This document shows, one piece after another, positions 1-9,004 of a stretch of 32,000 bases of DNA (the stretch's first letter is position 1; every line of letters begins with the position of its first letter). This stretch comes from Azomonas macrocytogenes (GTDB lineage Bacteria > Pseudomonadota > Gammaproteobacteria > Pseudomonadales > Pseudomonadaceae), in assembly GCF_014191985.1 (NCBI RefSeq), contig NZ_JACHXI010000019.1:1-32000 (forward strand), written 5' to 3'. The translations under genes and the position numbers were made by a program. The notes beneath the pieces were generated by a model. The model saw only the letters and a program-made list of their open reading frames with translations, had not been told where the DNA came from and did not search any database.

Positions 1-303
1 TCGGTGTAGCGGGGCGCTCGCGGGGAATCTCATGGAATGTCTTGGGCATCGGGAGATCGTTGTGCAGAGAAAAAGAGGCGGCATTTTACCTGATCATTGC
101 GAACACAAGGGGGGAGGGCGTGCTGGACGTTACAAGGATGGCTCTATTCCGCGCTGTGGGGTGTCGGCATGCGGGCCAGACCTGTTGAAGGCATAGTCCT
201 TGGCCCGCTTAAGATCCGGTAGGTAGGCTTGTCGCGAGCGATGTCGGCGCCCCGGTGTTTGATGCCATATTGATACGCCCGGGCCGGCTCCTATCTCAGC
301 TCG

Positions 304-1425
304 TCAGGGGCTGTAGACGCGCCCTTTCCAACGTGAACGCACGCCACGCCAATAGCGAATGGCCGAGCTCCATGTCATGCCAAGATAAAATGCTGCGCTG
401 AGCGGTAGCAGCAGGGCCCAGAGCGGCGACATGTGGTAATAACGCAATATTGGTAGATAGCTCAGCGTCATGGCTGCCCAGGCAATCAGCGCCCACGGCC
501 AGGCAAGCGGCAGGCTCAGCAAGGCGAATGGTCCGCCATAGGCGACGCCAAAAATCATCGTCACGGCCAATAGTAGCCAGGTGGAATAGCCGAGCTGAGT
601 GAACGCCGAGCGTGCCACCATGTCGTGGATGGAAGCCAGGCTACCGTAAGGACGCAGGCTCACTACGCTACGGCTCAAGCCCAGCCAGGTGCGGTAGCCG
701 GCATTTTTGACCTGTCGTGCCAGGGTGCAATCGTCGATCAAGGCGTCGCGCAGGCTGGCGAAGGCGCCGATGCGCTGCAGTACCTCGGTATCCACCAGCA
801 CACAGCCGCCTGCTGCCGCAGCAACATACCGATGGTGTGAGTTGGAGAGCGCGAACGGGTATAGCAATTTGAAGTAATAGACGAACGTGGGCAGCAGTAA
901 GCGATCCCAAAAGCTGGTACGACGCAGGTCCGCCATCAGCGAGACAAAGTGTCGTTCTTCTCGGCGTTTGAATGCCAGCAATGCCGACAGCAGGCCAGGA
1001 TGCAACTGGATGTCGGCATCGAGCAAAAGAATCATTGGCGTATCTACATGCGATTTTCCCTGTTCCAGCGCCCACAGCTTGCCAGCCCAGCCTTCCGGCA
1101 AGGGTTGGCCGCTTACGACACGGGTATTGGGATAAGCGGCAGCAATGCTCGCCGTGGCGTCGTTGGATTGATCGTCTACCACCACGACTTGTAATCCGTT
1201 TCCTTGCGTCTGTAGGGCCGCCAGGGTAGTGCCGATCGTCTCGGCTTCGTTACGTGCTGGAATCAGTACGGTGATTTCACTGAGATCAGTCGCCAGCGCG
1301 GCCTGCGGATCGGTCTCAAGCCGCTCGCGGGTACTCCATGGTCGCCATGGGAGCAGCAGCAGTCCTACCCAGATCACGGCTGGGAGAATGACGACTGCCC
1401 AGCCGTGTGCGAATGCAGCGGGCAT
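304..1425 (-). CDS. hpnB: Family-2 glycosyltransferase, hopanoid-associated (HpnB-like)
   Basis: 373-aa ORF with an N-terminal TM helix, GT-A signatures (VLIPARNEAETI, VVVVDDQSND, LLLDADI = DxD) and a multi-TM C-terminus. Its ATG overlaps the hpnH stop (TAATG at 1423-1427), and it sits in the hopanoid cluster. Confidence 0.8.
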   Translation of the reverse strand: MPAAFAHGWAVVILPAVIWVGLLLLPWRPWSTRERLETDPQAALATDLSEITVLIPARNEAETIGTTLAALQTQGNGLQVVVVDDQSNDATASIAAAYPNTRVVSGQPLPEGWAGKLWALEQGKSHVDTPMILLLDADIQLHPGLLSALLAFKRREERHFVSLMADLRRTSFWDRLLLPTFVYYFKLLYPFALSNSHHRYVAAAAGGCVLVDTEVLQRIGAFASLRDALIDDCTLARQVKNAGYRTWLGLSRSVVSLRPYGSLASIHDMVARSAFTQLGYSTWLLLAVTMIFGVAYGGPFALLSLPLAWPWALIAWAAMTLSYLPILRYYHMSPLWALLLPLSAAFYLGMTWSSAIRYWRGVRSRWKGRVYSP

Positions 1426-2567
1426 TAGCGGCCAGCCTCCGCACTCGTATCCATACCAGGATGCTGAATGGTGCTGACCGGGATACGCACGGTGCTGGCA
1501 TCGACATGGTCGCCGTACTGCACTGGCAGATCTGGCGCCATCGTGCCATCTGTGCGCGGTCCAAACATGGCCACACGCATGGCCTTTAATGGATTCGCAA
1601 AGGTGTCGTTGACGGCGCTGCCTTCGAAGCCGCAGTGGGCCATGCAGTTATCGCACTTGGGGTTGATGCCAACGCCATAGTTTTCCCATTGCGTCTCTTC
1701 CACCAACGCCTTGTAAGTTGGCGCGTAACCCTCGTCAACCAGCAGGTAGCAAGGTTTCTGCCAGCCAAAAATGCTATAGGTTGGGTTGGACCATGGTGTG
1801 CACTGGTAGCGCTGGTTGCCGGCGAGGAAGTCCAGGAACATTGACGACTGATTGAATACCCATTTGCTCTTGCGCTCCTTGCCACGCTTGAATATTTCGC
1901 GAAACAGTTCCTTGCTCTCTGTGCGACCGAGGAATACGTCCTGACGCGGAGCGTGCTGGTAGCTGTAGCCTGGGGAAACGGTGATGCCCTCGATGCCCAG
2001 GGACATGGCGTAATCAAAGAAGTCAGCGATTTCGTCTGGTGGCTCTTTGTTGAACAAGGTGCAGTTGATCGTCACTCGATAGCCGCGTGAAAGCGCCAGC
2101 TTGATCGCAGCGACGGCCTTGTCGAACACGCCCTCCATACATACCGATTCATCGTGACGCTTCTGCAGGCCATCCAGGTGGATCGACCAAGTGAAGTAAG
2201 GCGAGGGTGTGTATTCGTCAATATGTTTGGCCAGCAGAATGGCGTTGGTACATAGGTAGACGAATTTCTCGCGTGCGATGATGCCTTGCACGATCTGCGG
2301 CATGTCCTTGTGAATCAGCGGTTCGCCGCCAGGAATGGAGACTACTGGCGCGTCGCACTCGTCAACAGCACGCAAGGCGTCTTCGACACTCATGCGCTTT
2401 CGCAAGATGTCCTTGGGGTGGTCGATCTTGCCGCAGCCTACACAGGCCAAATTGCACTGGAACAGCGGTTCCAGCATCATCGCCAATGGATAGCGGTGAT
2501 TGCCACTCAGTTTCTTGCCGAGGATATAGCGCGCAATTTTGGTTTGCTGAATAAGGGGAATACCCAA
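1425..2567 (-). CDS. hpnH: Radical-SAM adenosylhopane synthase (hopene adenosyltransferase) HpnH
   Basis: Radical-SAM CxxxCxxC motif (CNLACVGC). The sequence from GIPLIQQTKIARYILGKKL onward matches HpnH N-termini as I recall them. I place the start at TTG 2567 (GGAG 6 nt upstream, 380 aa); the maximal ORF runs to 2663 (412 aa), so the start is uncertain. Confidence 0.88.
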   Translation of the reverse strand: MGIPLIQQTKIARYILGKKLSGNHRYPLAMMLEPLFQCNLACVGCGKIDHPKDILRKRMSVEDALRAVDECDAPVVSIPGGEPLIHKDMPQIVQGIIAREKFVYLCTNAILLAKHIDEYTPSPYFTWSIHLDGLQKRHDESVCMEGVFDKAVAAIKLALSRGYRVTINCTLFNKEPPDEIADFFDYAMSLGIEGITVSPGYSYQHAPRQDVFLGRTESKELFREIFKRGKERKSKWVFNQSSMFLDFLAGNQRYQCTPWSNPTYSIFGWQKPCYLLVDEGYAPTYKALVEETQWENYGVGINPKCDNCMAHCGFEGSAVNDTFANPLKAMRVAMFGPRTDGTMAPDLPVQYGDHVDASTVRIPVSTIQHPGMDTSAEAGR

Positions 2568-2605
2568 TGGATTCTCCGTGATATCGGTCTGCCATGTACA
2601 AACGG

Positions 2606-2619
2606 GTACGCATGCGTAC
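2606..2619. repeat. Perfect 14-bp palindrome GTACGCATGCGTAC in the idi-hpnH spacer
   Basis: Read directly from the sequence. It lies about 40 nt upstream of the preferred hpnH start and could be an operator or a small RNA hairpin. About 2 such palindromes are expected by chance in 32 kb. Confidence 0.3.
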
Positions 2620-2748
2620 GGCCAAGCGACGTCAATCTGTCGCAAACGGTCGCTGGGCACCACGCACCTACTTCGGCTGGCAGTATAACCTATCCGTTCG
2701 GCTCTGGCCGTTGCTGCGCATGGGGTGTGCCGAGCAGGTCAGTGTTCT

Positions 2749-3387
2749 TCAGGAGCGCGGCGCGAACACCTCGGTATGCTCCCGGCGTAGGCGTTCCCAT
2801 TCGATTTTGAACCAGGGTGTGAAGTTTTGCGGCTGTTCCGCCATTTCCGCATCCAGTGCTTGTGGAGAAATGTAGCGTAACGCCGAGACCTCATTGAGGT
2901 TGAGGGTAGGTTCCTCGGTACTGTGCCCGGCATAGACCCAGCACAGCTCGTGTTCGGCGCCTTCGCCATCGAATTGTGCCTGGTATTCAAACTTGAATAG
3001 GAATTGCAGAGCGCACTGCATGCCCAGTTCTTCACCGAGGCGTCGCTCGATGGCCTCATCCAGTTTCTCGCCACGGCGCGGGTGGCTGCAGCAGGTATTG
3101 GACCAGAAGCCCGGCCACAGGCGCTTGCCGGCCGCACGCTGTTGTAACAGCAGCTCACCCTGAGGGTTGAACACAAACAGCGAAAAGGCCCGGTGCAGCA
3201 AGCCCTGTCCCAGGTGCGCAGATGCCTTGTCAAGAAAGCCGATCTCCTGATCGTATTTATCGACTAGCACCAGCGGTTCGTCATTAAAGGAAACCACGTC
3301 CCTTGAGTGCCGCCATTGTTGGTGACGATACTCCAGTTCCTGATTAGCCAAGATCAACCTCCTCATCAGATCCACTTTCAGCATCAT
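2749..3387 (-). CDS. idi: Isopentenyl-diphosphate delta-isomerase, type 1 (Nudix fold)
   Basis: 212-aa ORF with the type-1 IDI signatures LHRAFSLFVFN, WSNTCCSHP (catalytic Cys) and the downstream E-rich Nudix-like segment (GEELG ... EHELCWVY). It is first in the minus-strand idi-hpnH-hpnB unit. Confidence 0.85.
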   Translation of the reverse strand: MMLKVDLMRRLILANQELEYRHQQWRHSRDVVSFNDEPLVLVDKYDQEIGFLDKASAHLGQGLLHRAFSLFVFNPQGELLLQQRAAGKRLWPGFWSNTCCSHPRRGEKLDEAIERRLGEELGMQCALQFLFKFEYQAQFDGEGAEHELCWVYAGHSTEEPTLNLNEVSALRYISPQALDAEMAEQPQNFTPWFKIEWERLRREHTEVFAPRS

Positions 3388-3538
3388 AGCGTAGAACTTT
3401 CATGGCGCAGAACTTCTGTGGCGTAGTGCTGTCTTACAAAGCTTTGTCGCGAAGATCGCAGCAAGATGGCGCTACCGGGCTTTTTTGAGAGGGGCCGGAC
3501 TGCTACCATTAAACGATTGCTTTCATTCAAGCGCTCTC
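3388..3538. promoter_or_regulatory. Divergent promoter region between idi (-) and hpnI (+)
   Basis: This is the only non-coding DNA between two divergently oriented operons. It contains the perfect 12-bp palindrome ACAAAGCTTTGT (3436-3447) and the near-repeats GCGTAGAACTT (3389-3399) / GCGCAGAACTT (3405-3415). No consensus -35/-10 was recognised. Confidence 0.35.
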
Positions 3539-4702
3539 ATGCCGACCCACTACTTCGTCAGCACCTTTGCATCCTGCTTGGGCACCGGACTGGTTGCCGT
3601 TGCCACTGGCTATGCCGTCGCCGCCTTGGGAGCCGTGCTCAAAAGTATCCACGGCCCGGCCCAGTTGCCTGGTGCCGGTGATCGGGTGCTGCCGCCAGTC
3701 AGTGTGCTCAAGCCCCTGCACGGTGCCGAACCACGGCTGTACGAGAACCTGCGCGGTTTCTGCCAGCAGGCCCACCCGAACTACCAATTGATATTCGGCG
3801 TGCGCGAACCGCAGGATCCCGCTATTGCTGTGGTGCACAGGCTGCGTGCGGAATTTCCGCAGTTGGCCATCGACCTGGTCGTCGATCCACACGTGCATGG
3901 TGCCAATCTGAAGGTCAGCAATCTGCTGAACATGCTGCCGTTGGCCCGCCACGACTGGCTGGTATTGGCCGACAGCGATATCAGCGTGCCGGCGGATTAC
4001 CTGTCGCGAGTGACTGCACCATTGGCAGACCCTGGCGTGGGTATCGTCACCTGTCTTTATTATGGCGTGCCGCAGGCTGGATTCTGGTCGCGCCTGGGTT
4101 GCCTGTTCATCGACGACTGGTTCGCACCTTCGGTTCGTCTGTCGCATACTTTCGGTTCTACCCGCTTTGCTTTCGGTTCGACCATTACGCTGCGCCGCGA
4201 GACATTGCAGTCTATTGGCGGCTTCGAAATTCTGCGTGATACCCTGGCTGACGATTTCTGGCTGGGTGAATTGACCCGGCAGGCCGGGCTGCGCACGGTG
4301 TTGTCAGATCTGGTGGTTGGTACTGAAGTAAGCGAAACCCGCCTGACCGAATTATGGGCACATGAACTGCGCTGGTTACGTACGATCCGCGCGATTGCGC
4401 CAGGCGGTTTTGCGATGAGTTTCGTCTGTTTTACCTGGCCGGTGTCTTTATGTGGTCTGGCGCTGGCTCCTTCGATGCTGAATGTCTGGCTGGCCGTGGT
4501 GGCGGGCAGTGCACGCATTGCGCAGTTTTTTCTCAGTCGCGGTGCCAGGCGTCCGGCGATACCCTGGTATGAGGTCCTGCTGACCCCGTTTCGTGACCTG
4601 TTACTCGTGCTGGAATGGGCTGTAGCCCTGACCAGCTGGCGGGTGAAGTGGCGGGGTCAGGTTCTGCATGCGCGTAAAGACGGGCCGATACGTTATCCTT
4701 GA
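3539..4702 (+). CDS. hpnI: Hopanoid-associated glycosyltransferase HpnI (BHT N-acetylglucosaminyltransferase family, GT2/ceramide-glucosyltransferase-like)
   Basis: N-terminal TM helix, then PPVSVLKPLHGAEPRLYENL, a DxD (LADSDI) and a multi-TM C-terminal region, as typical for HpnI. ATG 3539 gives 387 aa; the maximal ORF starts at TTG 3485. Confidence 0.8.
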   Translation: MPTHYFVSTFASCLGTGLVAVATGYAVAALGAVLKSIHGPAQLPGAGDRVLPPVSVLKPLHGAEPRLYENLRGFCQQAHPNYQLIFGVREPQDPAIAVVHRLRAEFPQLAIDLVVDPHVHGANLKVSNLLNMLPLARHDWLVLADSDISVPADYLSRVTAPLADPGVGIVTCLYYGVPQAGFWSRLGCLFIDDWFAPSVRLSHTFGSTRFAFGSTITLRRETLQSIGGFEILRDTLADDFWLGELTRQAGLRTVLSDLVVGTEVSETRLTELWAHELRWLRTIRAIAPGGFAMSFVCFTWPVSLCGLALAPSMLNVWLAVVAGSARIAQFFLSRGARRPAIPWYEVLLTPFRDLLLVLEWAVALTSWRVKWRGQVLHARKDGPIRYP

Positions 4703-4776
4703 CCGCCCGTTGCCGTAGTGTGTTGGCAGGTGGTTGGCAAATCTCGGCCTGGTGGCCGTTGGAGCTAGGAATTTCT

Positions 4777-6204
4777 ATGAAGACGCTTTTTCTGCAGGCT
4801 CCGTCCTTCGACGGTTTCGACGGCGGTGCCGGTTCGCGTTACCAGGCCAAGCGCGAGATCAAAAGCTTCTGGTATCCGACCTGGCTGGCCCAGCCGGCTG
4901 CCTTGGTGCCCGATTCGCGTGTGCTGGATGCTCCGGTGGAAGAACTCTCCGTGGAGGAATCACTAAAGATCGCTGCCAGCTATGAGCTGGTAATCATCCA
5001 TACCAGCACGCCTTCTTTCCCTACCGACGCCAAGTTTGCCGAACTGCTGAAGGAGCGCCGTCCCGATATCCTGATCGGTATGGTTGGGGCCAAAGTTGCG
5101 GTCGATCCAGCTGACTCGCTGACCGCCTCGAAGGCGATCGACTTTGTTGCACGTGAGGAATTCGACTACACCTGCAAGGAAGTCGCCGAGGGCCGCCCGC
5201 TCAAGGACGTCGCCGGCCTCAGCTACAAGCTCGCCGACGGTAGCGTGCAACACAACCCGCCGCGAGCGATGATTGAGAACATGGACGAGTTGCCCTTCGT
5301 GGCACCGGTCTACAAGCGCGATCTGAAGATCGACCGCTACTTCATCGGCTACCTCAAGCACCCTTATGTGTCCATCTACACCGGCCGCGGTTGCCGCTCC
5401 AAGTGTACCTTCTGTCTGTGGCCGCAGACCGTTGGCGGCCATAGCTACCGCGTGCGTTCGGCCGCGAACGTGATCGCCGAGGCGAAGTGGATCAAGGAGA
5501 ACATGCCCGAGGTGAAGGAACTGATGTTCGACGACGACACCTTCACCGACAGCTCCAACCTGGAGCGTGTGCACGAGATCGCCCGTGGCCTGCACGCTCT
5601 GGGTTGGACCTGGAGTTGCAACGCCAAGGCCAACGTGCCCTACGAGTCGCTGAAGATCATGAAGGAAAATGGCCTGCGCCTGCTGTTGGTGGGCTACGAG
5701 TCCGGCGACGATCAGATCCTGCACAACATCAAGAAGGGCCTGCGTACCGATATCGCACGCAAGTTCACCGAGAACTGCCGCAAGCTGGGCATCCAGATAC
5801 ATGGCACCTTTATCCTCGGTCTACCGGGCGAGACCAAGGAAACCATCGCCAGGACCATCGAGTTCGCCAAGGAGATCAACCCGCACACCGTCCAGGTGTC
5901 GCTGGCCGCACCCTATCCTGGCACTCGGATGTACCAGCAGGCCGTGGATAATGGCTGGCTGGAGCCTAATCAAGAGATCAACCTGGTCAACGACAAAGGC
6001 GTGCAGCTGGCACTGATCAGCTACCCGCACTTGTCCAAGGAAGATATCTTCCATGGCATCGAGACCTTCTATCGAAGTTTCTACTTCCGCCCCTCGAAGA
6101 TCTGGGAGATCGTCAAGGAAATGCTGGGAAGCTGGGAAATGATGAAGCGTCGCCTGCGTGAGGGCGTGGAGTTTTTCCGTTTCCTGCGCGCGCACGAGGC
6201 TTGA
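4777..6204 (+). CDS. hpnJ: B12-binding-domain radical-SAM protein HpnJ (BHT-cyclitol-ether formation)
   Basis: 475 aa from ATG 4777 (MKTLFLQAPSFDGFDGGAGSRYQAKREI). It has a CxxxCxxC cluster motif (GCRSKCTFC) and an N-terminal cobalamin-binding-like domain. The upstream in-frame extension to 4699 is unlikely to be translated. Confidence 0.85.
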   Translation: MKTLFLQAPSFDGFDGGAGSRYQAKREIKSFWYPTWLAQPAALVPDSRVLDAPVEELSVEESLKIAASYELVIIHTSTPSFPTDAKFAELLKERRPDILIGMVGAKVAVDPADSLTASKAIDFVAREEFDYTCKEVAEGRPLKDVAGLSYKLADGSVQHNPPRAMIENMDELPFVAPVYKRDLKIDRYFIGYLKHPYVSIYTGRGCRSKCTFCLWPQTVGGHSYRVRSAANVIAEAKWIKENMPEVKELMFDDDTFTDSSNLERVHEIARGLHALGWTWSCNAKANVPYESLKIMKENGLRLLLVGYESGDDQILHNIKKGLRTDIARKFTENCRKLGIQIHGTFILGLPGETKETIARTIEFAKEINPHTVQVSLAAPYPGTRMYQQAVDNGWLEPNQEINLVNDKGVQLALISYPHLSKEDIFHGIETFYRSFYFRPSKIWEIVKEMLGSWEMMKRRLREGVEFFRFLRAHEA

Positions 6205-7052
6205 GCTCGGTGTTGGATGAACGCCTGTCGGCTGCATCGCGACCACGCCTGATCGTGACCGCAGACGACTATGGCCTGCACGAGGCCGTCAACGAGGCCG
6301 TCGAGCGTGGTTACCGCGAGGGCGTACTGCGAGCGGCCAGCCTGATGGTGGCGGCTCCCGCAGCCGCCGATGCCGTTACCCGCGCTCGGCGTCTGCCTGG
6401 GCTCGCTGTCGGCCTGCACTTGGTACTGGCCGATGGTAAAGCCATGCTGCCGCCTGCGCGCATCCCTGATCTAGTGAATGCTGAAGGTTGTTTCAACAAC
6501 GCCATGGTGCGCAATGGCTTCCGTTTCTTTTTCCTGCCTCGTGTACGGCGCCAACTGGCGGCTGAGATTCGTGCCCAGTTCGAGGCTTTCGCTGCTACTG
6601 GCCTAGTGCTGGATCACGTCAATGCGCACAAGCACTTTCATCTGCACCCGACCATCTTGTCGCTGCTGCTCTCCATCGGCCGGGACTTTGGCCTGCGTGC
6701 GGTACGGCTGCCTGTTGAACCGGGTATGGGGCCGTGGCTGCGTCCCTGGCTGGCGCTGATGCGCCAGCGCCTGGAGCGGGCCGGGATTGCCTATAACGAC
6801 CATGTCTTCGGTCTCCGGCATAGCGGCGGCATGAACGAGGGCGTGCTGCTGGAGATGCTGCAACGGTTGCCGGACGGCCTTTCGGAATTGTACCTGCACC
6901 CGGCCGTCTACGATGGGCTGACAGCGAGCATGACTGACTACCGCCATGCCGATGAACTGGCTGCCCTGCTGTCACCACGCGTGCGCACTGCCATTGCCGA
7001 GCGCTATCAGTTATGCCATGGCTTTTGTGACCCGATGGCCGCAGCCGTATGA
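6201..7052 (+). CDS. hpnK: YdjC-family deacetylase HpnK
   Basis: 283-aa ORF with the YdjC signature LIVTADDYGLHEAVNEAV and conserved His residues (DHVNAHKHFHLHP). The TTG start overlaps the hpnJ stop (TTGA); GTG 6210 is an alternative start. Confidence 0.8.
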   Translation: MSSVLDERLSAASRPRLIVTADDYGLHEAVNEAVERGYREGVLRAASLMVAAPAAADAVTRARRLPGLAVGLHLVLADGKAMLPPARIPDLVNAEGCFNNAMVRNGFRFFFLPRVRRQLAAEIRAQFEAFAATGLVLDHVNAHKHFHLHPTILSLLLSIGRDFGLRAVRLPVEPGMGPWLRPWLALMRQRLERAGIAYNDHVFGLRHSGGMNEGVLLEMLQRLPDGLSELYLHPAVYDGLTASMTDYRHADELAALLSPRVRTAIAERYQLCHGFCDPMAAAV

Positions 7053-8089
7053 AGTGGCTCACTTATATCGCCGGTCTGCTCGGGTTGGCCGCTGTCATTG
7101 CCATGGTAGTGCACCAGGATGGGGCTGCTATCGCCGGTGCCTTCAATCATGCTGGTTGGGCTCTGCTATGGTTATTGCCCTTCCATGTCTTGCCGTTGCT
7201 GCTGGATGTGGTGGGCTGGCGCATATTACTGGCACCGCGCGACCCGCAGCGGCGCGCAGGCCTGCTTGTTCTATTCTGGATTGCGGCCGTCCGTGAAGCC
7301 TGTAACCGATTGCTGCCGGTGGCTAACATTGGCGGTGAGATCGTCGGCATCCGAATGGCTAAATGGTATGGCATTGATGGTGCGGCAGTTACCGCCAGCA
7401 TTGTCATCGAAGTTCTGCTGACCCTGATCAACCAGTATCTCTTCACTGCGCTGGGCATTGTGCTGCTGATCGCACTGACTCAGCAGATCGGTACTTTAGA
7501 CTCGGTGTTGTGGGCGCTGGTCGCCAGTCTACCGTTACCGGTTGGTTTATTCATGCTGTTGCGCCATGGGCAGATGTTCTCACGCCTGGAAGCAGTAGCC
7601 GAGAAGCTCCTGGGAGGGCGTACGCGGCTGACTGAGCTGATCAATGGCAAGAATCTGGATCAGGATATCCGCACGCTGTGCGCCAGCCCGCTGCGACTGG
7701 TCGGTGCCGGTGCCTGGCAATTTGCCGGTTTTCTGGTGGGTAGCTTCGAGACCTGGCTGGCCCTGGAGATGCTGGGGTATCCCGTCAGCATCTGGGATGC
7801 CATCGCCATTGAGGCGGTGACCCAGGCCCTGCGCCACATCGTCTTCATCGTACCGGCCGGTCTCGGTGTGCAGGAAGGAGGAATGATCCTGTTTGGCAGC
7901 ATGATCGGCGTGCCGCCCGACGCCAGCCTCGTGCTGTCACTGGCCAAGCGCCTGCGTGAAGTGGGATTTGGCGTACCGGCCTTGCTTTCCTGGCAGTGGG
8001 CCGAAATGCGTCGGTTACGCGCTGGCTGGCAGAACAACAGCATATCCAAACTGTGCGACACGACACGCACAAGCGTTGAAAACGAGTGA
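7049..8089 (+). CDS. hpnL: Hopanoid-associated integral membrane protein HpnL (UPF0104 / lysyl-PG-synthase-TM-like)
   Basis: 346-aa polytopic membrane protein with about 8 hydrophobic segments. Its ATG overlaps the hpnK stop (ATGA 7049-7052), and position and topology match HpnL. Confidence 0.7.
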   Translation: MKWLTYIAGLLGLAAVIAMVVHQDGAAIAGAFNHAGWALLWLLPFHVLPLLLDVVGWRILLAPRDPQRRAGLLVLFWIAAVREACNRLLPVANIGGEIVGIRMAKWYGIDGAAVTASIVIEVLLTLINQYLFTALGIVLLIALTQQIGTLDSVLWALVASLPLPVGLFMLLRHGQMFSRLEAVAEKLLGGRTRLTELINGKNLDQDIRTLCASPLRLVGAGAWQFAGFLVGSFETWLALEMLGYPVSIWDAIAIEAVTQALRHIVFIVPAGLGVQEGGMILFGSMIGVPPDASLVLSLAKRLREVGFGVPALLSWQWAEMRRLRAGWQNNSISKLCDTTRTSVENE

Positions 8090-8106
8090 CAAAAGGAGAT
8101 TTTCAC

Positions 8107-9000
8107 ATGTCGAGCGATGTTTCCACGACCGCTGCCGATCACGCCATGCGCCATTGGCTGAGCGAAGAGCCAGGCCAGATCGAGATTGGCTCCGAGGCGC
8201 ACAAGCGGCTATTCTGCCGCATGCTGCTGGATACCCATAATCCATACAAGCCTGCGGTGATCGTCTGGCCAGAGTTGGATCCCGCAGCCCTGCAACGCAT
8301 TACTTCGCTGCCGATCTGGGACATCGCCGTACAGACTGAAGGGCGCGCGCAACTGCGGGTAGCAGCCTATACCGACAGGGTGAACGACCCCTTGCTGCGT
8401 GAAGCGATGACTATGGATGGCGGTGAGGAAGCACGTCACAAGGTGGTACTTAGCAAACTGGTCGAGTTCTACGGCATTCCCTTGGCACCGGAACCGGCTT
8501 ACCACATCCCCAAGGATCCCGAATGGGGCTGGTTGGTCACCGGCTACAGCGAGTGCATCGACAGTTTCTTCGGCTTCGGCTTGTTCGAGTCGGCCAAGCG
8601 GACCGGCTATTTCCCGGAGGAGCTGGTGGAAACCTTCGAGCCGGTGATGCAGGAGGAAACCCGGCATATCCTGTTCTTCGCCAACTGGATCGCCTGGTAT
8701 CGCCGTCAGTTGCCTTGGTGGAGGCGGGCGGCTTTCGAATTGAAGGTCGTACGGGTGTGGGCCTACCTGATCTGGGAGCGCATCGGTATTGCCCGAGGCC
8801 TGGATGGCAACGGCGAAATGCAGGATGCCAATTTCGCCCTCACCGGCACCAAGCAAATCGGTCTGGACCTCAAGCTATCCGAGCTGCTGGATCTCTGCCT
8901 GGTCGAGGACGAGCGCCGGGCGGCAGGCTACGACAAGCGCCTGCTGCGCCCGACCTTCATGCCGCGCCTGGCGCGTCTGGTACGCCGTTTCATGCGCTGA
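8107..9000 (+). CDS. Ferritin-like di-iron carboxylate protein (putative oxygenase/desaturase), function unknown
   Basis: 297 aa from ATG 8107, with a strong SD (AAGGAG, 8093-8098) and a start 17 nt after the hpnL stop. It carries the full E / ExxH / E / ExxH ligand set: E78, E108-ARH111 (8428-8439), E149, E184-TRH187 (8656-8667). Confidence 0.7.
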   Translation: MSSDVSTTAADHAMRHWLSEEPGQIEIGSEAHKRLFCRMLLDTHNPYKPAVIVWPELDPAALQRITSLPIWDIAVQTEGRAQLRVAAYTDRVNDPLLREAMTMDGGEEARHKVVLSKLVEFYGIPLAPEPAYHIPKDPEWGWLVTGYSECIDSFFGFGLFESAKRTGYFPEELVETFEPVMQEETRHILFFANWIAWYRRQLPWWRRAAFELKVVRVWAYLIWERIGIARGLDGNGEMQDANFALTGTKQIGLDLKLSELLDLCLVEDERRAAGYDKRLLRPTFMPRLARLVRRFMR

Positions 9001-9004
9001 GGGT

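Noticed and set aside
1-303. Possible minus-strand gene start at 46 running off the left edge (MPKTFHEIPRERPATP...). Also frame-broken minus-strand peptide-like stretches at about 140-285 (e.g. AYQYGIKHRGADIARDK / KRAKDYAFNRSGPHADT) that might be a gene remnant.
   Set aside because: Only 15 codons are visible, with no SD. The putative remnant needs a frameshift and I recognise no family. There is not enough evidence to call a feature; BLASTX of 1-303 would settle it.
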